Of a stretch of 64,000 bases of DNA, positions 30,113-40,616 are shown one piece after another. Made by a program: the position numbers and the translations under genes. How positions within the stretch are numbered: the first letter of the stretch is position 1; each line of letters opens with the position of its first letter. The notes beneath the pieces were generated by a model, which was given only the letters and a program-made list of their open reading frames with translations, did not search any database and was not told the DNA's origin. This DNA comes from Bugula neritina (Eukaryota; Animalia; Bryozoa): positions 11,170,581 through 11,234,580 of the forward strand of contig OZ037767.1 of assembly GCA_964035545.1 (NCBI GenBank), given 5' to 3'.

Positions 30113-33100
30113 ATGGGATCTGATAGTACCAGTTTGTGCAGGTGATATAACCTGCTAGTTGTACACTCAGCATAAAGTGGTTTGCTGCGGTAATACCCGA
30201 ATTCTAATCAAATTGGAGGCTTCATCTCATTTTAATACGAAATTATATTATAAATGTAAATTTTTATCAACTACATTTACTACAGCTCAAAGCAAGGTAA
30301 TGATGTTTGCATCTAAATGCAGGTAACGAGTTTGTACTAAAAACTTAAAAGCAAAGATGCAGCTGTAGCTTGACTGATGCGTGTAGCTGCACCAGTATTG
30401 TGGCTCCCAGCAGCTAAAATTACATACAGCACTTGTCATACTCTAAAACGTCCAGCAGTTAACCGTCTGAAGTGACATCTGCTGATATTCCAGACGTTGA
30501 TTTATTTGCAGAGACACCTTTTCGAGTTCGGATGATGTCTAGTTGACTCAGAAGCCAATTCGCTGTTTCGTACGGATGTCGGAGTCTGTCGGTCTATATT
30601 GCTCTTCAACTCGCGATTTCTTGTGCTGGGGCTACAAACCTTATTATATAACAATGAACTTTACACACACTACGTTGTACATACGGAATTGTCTTTTCAG
30701 TGTAAAAAAGTTTAGTTTTGGTTTCTTTAAACCAATGCATAGTTTAAATGTGTGAAATAAATATTGGCACTTCTTTCCAAATTGATTTCCTATTTAAGTT
30801 TTTAAGCAAACTGGTGGTTAGTAGTTTGTGTTAGTCAAGGTTTAGTTTAGAGCCTGTAATAAAGCGGTGATTCGTGATAAGAGCGGTGTTATCGAGTCTC
30901 ACTACAGAATAGTCTTCGGGACTATGTAATATGCTTACTGTGCTCTCGGCCCATGCTACCCCTATGGTATACGGTTGAGTAGCATATTATTCTATATACG
31001 GGTTAGTTATCTTCTCCTAAATCTCTAGCGTATTTATCATTTACGTTGTCAGAATTGTTCTAAAATCACCTCCGAGCTGGGTTTGACTGAATGCAGTAGT
31101 TTGAGGTTCTCCAGGTTTGATTTAGGGAACCTAACTTCAACCTTGAAAATCCTAAACTACTGCACTCACTCACCCCCAACTCGGAGCTGCTTATAGAACC
31201 ATTCAAATGTTGATATCTTTGTGCATAGTAAATTTCTAACAGTTTTCTCCCTGTACCTTTGATGAAAAGACAACTCTAATAATAATCAGTGGATTATGTG
31301 CCACACCGGCCAGTTCTCTGCTGGGAAGAATGTTTCTTATTTTTCTTCATGAATGAAACAATCTTCCTCTTTTTAGCCACTGGCTTAGTAGCTGCATGTT
31401 TTATGGACAGTTTAGGCCTGATATGTACATTATTTTTACCTGTAGAAATGTACATTTTAAAATTTGTATCTGTAGTTTTGTAAGTACAAGCTTACTTTTA
31501 ATTTCGTTGTAAATACTGGACTCTGTGTCATCATTTTAGTTATATTCAACACTCTTAGGTTTATGGGGGTGTCTCAAGAATTTATTGAAGAACATATTTC
31601 CTACAGTAAAAGCTGCTGTGTTGTCTGAAGAGAGGACAACTTCTGCATTTCATAGGTTTGTAAATGTATGTTTACAATTGTACAATGTTGGCCATCTTGT
31701 CTTGTTTCAGTGCTGAATACACAACTCAACACTTGATGATGTCTATATTTTGTCTATTCAAGTCATTCCTTAAAACAATTAGTTGCTAGCCCTTGAATTT
31801 TCTTTAAAAAGTGGTTACACCTTCCATATTGCCAGTTTAGGCTCTTATATATTTGAAATCCTTGCTTAAGTTAGGGTCGCATTAAGGGGATTCTGTGTGA
31901 AATCCGCTACAGAAGTTACCTGCCACACTCAATACTAATTGTGTTTGCTCAATGACTTTGTTGTTTCATTTTTAATTTTCACTCGTCAGTCTCAATACTA
32001 CACAAATTAATGGAATAGTTAATGTAAAGCTGAAAAAATGGGCTCGTTGAATAGTGATCAATCATTTATATCACTACTGTTGAAATTTTTTGCATTGACT
32101 GTTGGCATTTGGCCTACATGAAATCCACACAAAGCAGCCCAATATTTTTCTTGTGATGCGAATTTTAGCAGAAGTTCGCATAATGTGGCTCTGCGCTTAT
32201 CTGAGAAATGTGTGGATTGGCTCTTTATTTGGCCATGCTGCTGTACCATCACATATGTAACTAGTTGTGCTCAGGCCTTAACAAGTTTAAAACTTTTATT
32301 CTGGAAATATTCAGCTTCACAGTTTTGATGACATCACCGCAATTCAGTTTAATCATAGCATTCTAGTAATCTTTCATGGCATTGACTGTCATTCTAAGAA
32401 AAATTCAATGGCAATAAAAACAAAAGCATCAGCTGTAAGTTCTGTCAATTTCTGCTTTAAGATAAGTTGTGTGAGTTTATTGGATTATTGTGGACTTTTC
32501 ATGTTTGTCTTTTTAAATCACTGAATCATATTGTAACTGTAATGGAGTTCTTATGCTATGCTATTTCACTATGTGGTAATTCTTGGCTAACCATTCTACT
32601 GTTATATGACTGCTATATTACTGCTATATTACTATTATATTGCCATTCTATTACTGTCATGATAATACTATACTACTACCATACATTACTATTATAGTAC
32701 TCTCACATTAATGCTATATTACTGTTATATTATCGCTATATTACTGTTATACTACCACTTTATTACTGTCATTTATGGCTGACAATACACTCTTATCTGT
32801 AGACTACTGGGCTGTGCTTAACCAATAGAAGTGTGAAAAGTCAGAGCAGGTCTCAGTACTACACTTCTCGTGACCAATCAGCTTCCCCATACAGACGTAG
32901 CTGTATCCTGGAGCCTCGGTTAGAAGTTTCGCAGCAGGCATCAGCTAAATTCAGTCAGGAAATGCAGGTGCACACTGGGTCTACTTTAATACGAAACGTT
33001 ACATTAAAAGTTAATTGTGTTAGATACTTCACACAATCATTTATAAAAGACTAGGTTAGGCTTATCATTAATGAATTATATAACTTTTCTTAGTAATTAC

Positions 33101-34034
33101 ATGGCAAGTATATTTAATTGCAGACCTAATAGTAGAAAAAATCTATAAATATAAATCACATGCTTTTGTTTCTCGCAATGATGAATGTAATTGTGGAACT
33201 AGCTTAAAGAACTCACGATGTTGTCTAAAAGTATGCTCATGCAATTATTACAGTTCTGTCCCCTATCATATCTAACAGTTGACACTTTACATCAGGTGCT
33301 TTGTGTTGTCTAGGCAGAAGATGTGCTGCAGGGTGTAACTCTCGGTGATTCTTTTGCTGACTCGGCTGATGTCGTCTTCATCCAGCCCGACTCATTCAAG
33401 TGAGACTAGATTTCTCTTTTGCTTCTCTATAGTAGGCAATATACAGTAGATAGTAGATAGTAGACAGTAGATAGTAGACAGTACAAAATAAAGAGTAGAT
33501 AGTAGATAGTTGACATTAGATAGTAGACACTAGACAGTAGATAGTAGACAGCAGGTAGTAGATATTATACAGTACAAAATAGAGAGTATATAGTAGATTC
33601 TGAACATACAATAGGTTTCATGCTTCCCTGTGCATCTAGTTTCTTTAGTTTAACTTTACCTTTAGTTCTACATCACATATTCATTTATTTAAACATTATT
33701 TGTCATTACCTTGTAAAAGTTGTAATGCCTTCAGTTCTATATTTAGTCTACTTAGATGCTGTTTAGTACTTACTCAATTATAACTGCCGGTAGTTGATTA
33801 ATGTAAGAGCATACATGGTTGAAAATAAGTTTATTGAGATTGGAATACAGTGCCAAGTTGTTATGAATACATTCAAATTCCCCTGAAATGTGTTTATTAT
33901 GCAATCAATGCTGTTTCAGAAGAGGTGTTAAAAGAACATTTGAGTTTTTGAGTGTCATAAATGATGAGGAAGAGGTGCCCAGAAAAGTTCAGAAACTAGA
34001 CAGCCGGTTTGCTACAAGAAGTCATCGAAGATGA
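30113..34034 (+). CDS. Small basic protein of unknown function, about 158 aa (possible remote FAM122/PABIR similarity)
   Basis: Phase-consistent exons: 30113-30141 and 30286-30296 (both tentative), 31559-31655, 32829-32967, 33314-33399, 33920-34034. AATAAA at 34229. The C-terminus KRGVKR..PRKVQK is NLS-like. Confidence 0.55.
31052..31204. repeat. ~150-bp imperfect inverted repeat (small fold-back element), intronic
   Basis: gttcta/tagaac, ctccgag/ctcggag and tgcagtagttt/aaactactgca are nested complementary pairs. Confidence 0.8.
33445..33598. repeat. (AGTAGAY)n heptamer repeat
   Basis: Direct reading. Confidence 0.9.
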
Positions 34035-35167
34035 TGTCTCGCAACTCGCATAGTATACTTCTGATACATGTCATTGTGTGACTCGCAGTTTACCTGTATG
34101 ACATTTTTTTGTACTCATAAGATTTGAATATGCTTCTGTTTCTGTTATATGCTCCTATTTTTGTTGACATTCTTGTTTTTGTTGTACAGGTTTATACCAT
34201 TTTAAATGTGCGTTTGGTTTTACATGCCAATAAACCTATTCTGATGCATTTAAGAAAAAAAAATCTTAATATCTATTTTATTTTTTAATCAATATCATAA
34301 ACTTTCGAGAAAATGGTGGAACTGCGTTTAAAACTTGTGCTTTACTAGTGTATAAACTAGAGTTAAACTTTAACCGGATATAGTGATGTGCATGAGTTCA
34401 GCTCGTTATGTAACACTGGGTCACAACATCTGGTGTGATAAGGCCGTAGCGGTAGGGTACGATTCTATACTTAGCATCTCTTATCAGATATTTCCTCTTC
34501 ATTGACGTCAAGAGTTATTTCCATATTATTTTTCTGCCGGATATGATGTCGATCCCATGTACCAGATCCATCAACTTGGATAGATACAAATTTCCTACTT
34601 TTATTGTCGCCCATGAAGTTTTTACATTATTAAAGTGACTAACATCAGTTATTGAATGAAAACAAAAGCTGTCCAACACTTTTCCAGCAGTTTTAATGCC
34701 TAACTTATGAAAATCTCACAAAATATAGGTAGCTGCAGCAATAAAGAAATTAAAAAGAACCTGTGTTCTAGGTTAAAATGTAGCTTCAGGAGTTGGTTCT
34801 CATGAGAGTTTCAACCTGCGTACACTTCAAACCAACATTTATTGAGAAAAATAAACCACTTGGGCTATCAAACTTTCTCCACCATGTCACAAACAATTTA
34901 ATCTAATGCCTGCGTTTAACTAGTTCTGCTGCAAATGGGTTGAATCATTAGTCAGTGCAGTTATGGCATTATGACTCATTCAAATTGGTAAAATAAAATA
35001 AATAATATACTAATTGAATTCAAGGGTAATTGCTATTAGACAACCAATAATATATCTTAATACTTTAACTGATGGCAATGATGACCTTGCCTTTATAAAT
35101 CATGCTGTTTCATAAAATATAACTCATGATCAAACATGAAAGATTGAAATACATACTACATATGGAA

Positions 35168-35340
35168 GGAGCAGTAATGGTCTAGGGGTTAGAGCGTTTG
35201 CCTAGTAAACACAAAATCATGGGTTCAAACCCCGGCAAAGGCCATTGGTGATGTTAGAAAGAGCATCCAGTCATATTTGCTTCTGTGCCCCATCTGATGA
35301 AGTTCTTAGCCCGATTTAACAAAAACCCTTTCCATCAGAG
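35168..35340 (+). mobile_element. tRNA-derived SINE
   Basis: A-box-like tggtctaggggtt (35178) and B-box ggttcaaacc (35222), followed by a non-tRNA body. A second copy lies at 7070-7263. Confidence 0.8.
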
Positions 35341-35514
35341 GTTTCTCACAGAAATATAAACTATAAACTTTTGTGAGTTTTATAAGACATATGGATATAA
35401 GTATTAGTTTGAAGAGAATTTGTTATCTGTAATTAGTATATTGAGTATTTGCAATTGAATATTAATAGCAATATTAAGTTAATACTTTTCGATATATGAT
35501 AATGGTTTATTATA

Positions 35515-35769
35515 CATGTTATACTATTGTAGCTCTGTAGGTTTGCATGTTATACTGTTATAGGACTGTAGGTTTGCATGTTATACTATTGTAGGACTGT
35601 AGGTTTGCATGTTATACTGTTATAGGACTGTAGGTTTGCATGTTATACTGTTGTAGGACTGTAGGTTTGCATGTTATACTGTTGTAGGACTGTAGGTTTA
35701 CATGTTATACTGTTGTAGAGCTGTAGGTTTGCATGTTATACTATTGTAGGACTGTGGGTTTGCATGTTA
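35515..35769. repeat. 31-bp minisatellite, about 8 copies
   Basis: Unit catgttatactgttgtaggactgtaggtttg. Confidence 0.95.
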
Positions 35770-36043
35770 ACTGCAACAGCAGGTTGGAGAACTAAGTTTG
35801 CTAAAACTTTCACTCATTAACTGAAACGTGCTTTTATTTCTGATGGCAAGCATGTAGCAACTAAAACGACCGTGACGTTATGTATTTGCTCAGCTGTTTG
35901 AAGCCCACTGACACTTGTGCTGATAGTAAAGTATAAGTCTTAGACCTTAGACACTCAGATACGTGGAATCACAAACCCGTCCCTTAAGCCTTAGTGAATC
36001 AAACTAATGCATGAGAATTGCCGCATGTGATGATGGCAGATCA

Positions 36044-36104
36044 TATATAAGGCTGGGTTTTGTTGGTATTCAGCATTCAGTGGAATCAAGTACAGCTTAG
36101 CAAG
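36044..36104 (+). promoter_or_regulatory. TATA box, initiator and short non-coding first exon of the peptide-precursor gene
   Basis: TATATAA at 36044-36050, TCAGC/TCAGT initiator-like motifs at 36070-36081, strong donor AAG|GTAAGC at 36104/36105, and an acceptor just before ATG 36289. Confidence 0.75.
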
Positions 36105-36288
36105 GTAAGCAAAGCAAAGTAAGTAAGTGAAAGCAGTAAAGTGTAAAAACTTCTAACTCAAGTAGACTAAACTTTATTACATAAATTTGTTATAACTTGA
36201 AACAATTCATTGGATATGCTTATATTACAATAATAAATGTTGAATATGAAGATTGTCTTATCTTGTGAATGTGTGACATTGTAGCAAG

Positions 36289-39200
36289 ATGAGACTTTCC
36301 GTTGCATTGATCGTTGTTGTTGGTTTGTTCGCCTGCTCCCAGGCTGATGTGTTGGACACTTTGAAAGAAACTGGAAAAAACCTAGTGACTGGACTCGTTA
36401 ACAAAGGAAAAGAACTTCTTACAAGTGAGTAACCTTATGAGAGTTGCCTACTATTGCTTTTGTTCTCTAGCACGGTCAATTCATGAATTTAAAAGTGTCA
36501 TATACTGCTGCCAACAAACTCGATCAGTAGTGTCCAGCGTTCAGTTACATTGTATTATATCCTGTAAAAAGATAGAACAAATGAGTTAAATTTTTTGGAA
36601 AAAGCATTTGCAGATCATTTAGGAGCAGTAGTGTAGACAGTGAGATAGCCTAAATTTTATAATGCTTTTGTTTAACTTTGGTTTGTGGCACAGGTTGAAA
36701 TTATCGCGAAAACACAACTTCTTTTGCTACATTTCTAATCTAGAACACAGGTTTTTCTCAATGTATCCATTACTGCACCTACCTCAGATTCCGTGCAATT
36801 ATTCTCACTCATGAGCTGCAGTCTAAATAAAATTTACTTCTCAATTAATGTTTTGTTCGCAGTGTTTTAATATCGTAATTATGTAGTTTATTTAATTATT
36901 TATGTGCTCATGGTCAACTCAAAAGTTTTATGCCTTGTACTTTAGGTGTAGCCCAAAAGTTTCTTGGAAAGTTGTTTGGCTCAGGTCTCCTTGGCAAACG
37001 TGATCTTGCTAGCTTTTCTGATAAGTTGAAAGGTGCTTTAGCCAAGGTGAGATCATGTTAGGAATTGTGGCCATTGTTACTAATTATAGCCTGTGGAATT
37101 TACTAGGAAAAGCTATTGAATAGTATATTGATAATAATATTGGATATATAGCTTTCAAATAAAATCAATTACAATGACTTTCTGCTGAAGATAAGTGTGA
37201 GTTAGAGTGAGGGATTAAAGAGTTACTCTGAGTCAACAAAAAATTTATGAGTATCATTATACTAGAACTTCTAGCATCTCCATTGACTGACTGAAATATA
37301 CTTTGTTCTGTAATTTTTAGGCTAAAGACCTATTCGAAACTGCAAAAGAAAAGGGCCTCACACACTTCCAAGGTGCTGTGGACAAACTGAAAGCTGTTCT
37401 CAAAAAATTCCACGAGAAAGTTGGTGTTCTTAAGGTGCGACCATGACTACTACAAATTATACCATTTGTATTAGATTAGTTGAGGGGTATTTATTAACTG
37501 GTAAATTTCATTTACCCATTATATGCTCAAACAACCACAAGGCATCCCCATTTCTGTAAATAGCAATTATTTCTTGATAAAAAATCACCTCTGTGGCAAC
37601 TTACACAGCTTGCCTTTTCTTTGGTCTTTGCATGGTTAGGTCTAATCTATCTTCAAGTTGAAGCTTTATCAGTTGGCTGAAGTATGCAGTCTTCCTCATG
37701 CAGTTATATCTGAATACTAAGATTTCTCTTAAGTATGTGGCCCTTCTCAGTTCATCAAACCTTTCAAATGTCTGATGTCCTCGATGTCTCAATCTTGTAG
37801 AGTGCTGATGATGCCAAGAAAGCTGTTGATGCTGTTGTTGACGATCACAGCAAGGTGCAAAAGAGAATTCTCGCCGATCTTCTACAGAAAGGAAAAGACC
37901 TTTTGAGTGGTGCTGTCGGTCTTGTGAAGAATGCAGCTTCCGTTGTGAGCATAAAATTTTTCTTTTTTAATTTATGTGTAAGTAGCAAGTGCGATAAGCT
38001 GTCGATTATTATTTCTTGAGTTTTTGACTATGTCAAATAATTTTCAGTTGAAAGCCAAGGCCAGTGAACTTGTGAGCGGCCTTCTCCAGAAGGGAACTGA
38101 CCTTCTAGGAAAGAGAGCTACTCTCAGTGATCATCTTCAGACTATCGGTAGCGCCCTGAGCTCTGCTGTCTCTCCCTTCAAGGATGTGAGTACTCTAGAA
38201 CTTTCTATACTGACCTGAATAGGTGCAACTACATCTATAGTGTTGGTATTGCCCAGTAGCTTCTGTGGTGTAATGGTTACTGCTTGCAAGCCGGAGGTCT
38301 GTAATTCGAATTTCTTACTATAATTATTTTTATTGTAAAAAACAAGATATTTCCTGCTGTTTATTGTAATGCAACTTGCCACTTTCAAATTTATTAGGTC
38401 AAATAGTATGTTATTATTTTATTTTAATTCAAAGAAGTGAGTATTTCAGGTTTTTTAAAATTTTGCCTGTACCTAAAAAGTGCTAGCCGTTAGAGTTATA
38501 ACTACATAAAATACATACATAAAATTTGGCATATGGGCTTTGTTACACTATAAATTTTGTCAATGCATGTCATCTTCTTTGAGTAATCAGAAAAAGAACT
38601 TCATTTAGTCTTCATGTAGACTATAAAAGTATTTTCTAATGAGCTAGTGTCGAAAATCTTTGTCTACTTCTGGCCCCATACTGCATTAGACCAAAGAACA
38701 TAATGCTTTTTTATTTCACATTTTTTATAACTTTACTTAAGCTTTACCTATTGTAAACTGAACACTAGCTGAATAACAAAGAGCATATATGAAGAAACTA
38801 AAATAATCAAATTTCCACATATCTCAGATTCAGAGTGTATGTATGAAGAAAAGCCTGGTACCTAATTAAAACAGTATGTTTTGAAAATAGTTTAGCAATT
38901 TAATAAAAAGATATTGTAGTTCTGTTTTATATTTACTTCAGATTATTGCTGGACTTGGAAACTCTCTCAAGGGGCACTTCAGCAACTTGGTTGACACCGT
39001 CAAGGGTCACGCCAGCGCTCTCAAGACCAAGCTGTCCGGACACGTAGATGACTTGAAGCAGCACGGATCCACTCTCCTCCAGCACGGAAAGAGTGCTCTT
39101 ACAGCTCTCTCTGAAGTTGCCAGCGACATTCTGAGTAAGCAGTCTATAATAATATGTTCTAGATTCAGTTGGTTTTCTACATCTAATGTAAACATTGTAA

Positions 39201-39353
39201 CGCATTGTAGTATGATGAAGTGTAATACTTGTTGTGTAAATTACAGAGCAAACCCTCAGCAATGCCCAGTCATCTATTGATGGAGTAGCCAAGACCGCTG
39301 CTAATGCTGGACAGACCGTTCTTGATCACTTCGGTGGTGGAAGTTCTTTCTAA
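36289..39353 (+). CDS. Secreted 310-aa multi-peptide precursor (signal peptide plus four amphipathic helical segments separated by KR/GKR)
   Basis: Exons 36289-36424, 36946-37046, 37321-37434, 37801-37944, 38048-38185, 38942-39134, 39247-39353 are all GT-AG and phase-consistent (933 nt). Signal peptide MRLSVALIVVVGLFACSQA; LL-GKR twice and QKR once; AATAAA at 39373 and 39393. Confidence 0.92.
36615..36785 (+). mobile_element. ~165-bp dispersed repeat (copy 3), in an intron of the precursor gene
   Basis: catttaggagcagta ... tactgcacctacc. Confidence 0.85.
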
Positions 39354-39920
39354 TTCTGTAAATTTATGAGCCAATAAAAATTAATTGATTGCAATAAATT
39401 AATTTCTTATTGAGTCAAAAGGCATAGAAGTTTATAAGATTTTGAGCCTAATGTATTTGAAGTTATTGTCTCAATTTCCACCATTGGAAGACAAACATGA
39501 TGTCAAAGCATTTCAATTAAACTCTTTTCTTCCAGCTATTCAAGCACTCAATTGCATTGCTTCAAATGGATCACAAATCGATTTGTGGTAGCAGTTTATA
39601 TGAACTTATTGTTGTGGGTTCATTTACTGCGGCTGTTCCCAAACATTCGCATGTAACGATCGAAGCAATAAAATATAGCGATAGTCTAATAATTGAGCTA
39701 ATTTTAAACTCTCATGTTTCAGAATTAATGGTTAAGGTTAATGGTTAATGGTTAAGTAATTTACAGTTCAACATTGTTAATTGAGAGTTATCCTATCATA
39801 AACTTTATATGAAAATTCGTTATATTCCAATATATTGGATTACAAAAGCGATGTTATAGCCCAAGAAACAACAAAAAACAACCCATTACTGTTTTGGGTT
39901 ATGGCTAAAATATATATATA

Positions 39921-40172
39921 TTGCTCCGCAATGACATTCAGTGATTGAGCTCTCTCACCATGGTCACAAACTCAAGCTGCTAGCATTTTGCAAGGCTCGT
40001 GACTCCTAGGTGACCCCTAGAGTCACTTGAGCTCTCTGGCTTGAGTTTACACACCTTTTAAATATGCTTTAGTAGAAACATAAGTTTCTACTATTGCGAA
40101 GGTGTGGGCCATGGTACTCTGTTCTATGCTGATGAGGGGACAAACCCCGAAACAGCTGCTGTCCACAGATTG

Positions 40173-40175
<3 letters not shown>
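39921..40175 (+). mobile_element. ~255-bp non-coding hammerhead-bearing element (retrozyme-like or Penelope pLTR remnant) between TA tracts
   Basis: Bounded by (TA)n at 39910-39921 and 40176-40212. It has an internal hairpin gtgactc.ctag..ctagagtcac and a hammerhead at its 3' end. Confidence 0.6.
40123..40169 (+). ncRNA. Type I hammerhead ribozyme motif, canonical core
   Basis: Stem I tctatg/cacaga (5 of 6 bp), CUGAUGA 40129-40135, stem II GGGG-acaaa-CCCC, GAAA 40149-40152, stem III ACAG/CUGU, GUC cleavage triplet at 40161-40163. Confidence 0.85.
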
Positions 40176-40217
<42 letters not shown>

Positions 40218-40301
40218 TATCTTTACGAGCTAGCAATTTAATTATAAATAGGTATACGAGAAACATTGTTGATGTATTACTTTATTATAGGTAAAATAAT
40301 T

Positions 40302-40343
40302 CTACTAATATTTCGGGTACCACTGTACCCATCTTCAGAGTAG
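40302..40343 (-). ncRNA. Minimal hammerhead ribozyme motif in Penelope pLTR (element-sense copy)
   Basis: Exact reverse complement of the motif at 42475-42516. Confidence 0.7.
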
Positions 40344-40521
40344 CAATGAATGAAATTCAAAAATTATTATGTTACGTTAGACGTTATGCATGACACAAAG
40401 AATAGAGAGTGGCAGTTATTGTAAATTATTGAAACTTAGGGAGATAATCTTATTTTATATATTACGCAGGTCAAAAATTAATTATACTGATTGTTTTGCA
40501 TAAAAAATAAATTAGAGTTGA

Positions 40522-40562
<41 letters not shown>

Positions 40563-40616
40563 CAAGTATAAATAGCAAGAATTAGTGAAACTATGCGAGA
40601 GTTGAGTAGTGTGGAG

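Noticed and set aside
35168-35245. tRNA gene
   Set aside because: It has A/B boxes but no convincing acceptor stem, and it continues into a body shared with a second dispersed copy, so it is a SINE head.
35294-35330. CTGATGA as another hammerhead core
   Set aside because: No stem II followed by GAAA.
35515-35769. 31-bp repeats resembling a CRISPR array
   Set aside because: Head-to-tail units with no unique spacers, no cas genes and a eukaryotic context. The same applies to 52839-52983.
36291-36300. NF-kB-like site GAGACTTTCC near the peptide gene start
   Set aside because: It lies within the first codons, mismatches the GGG consensus and is expected by chance.
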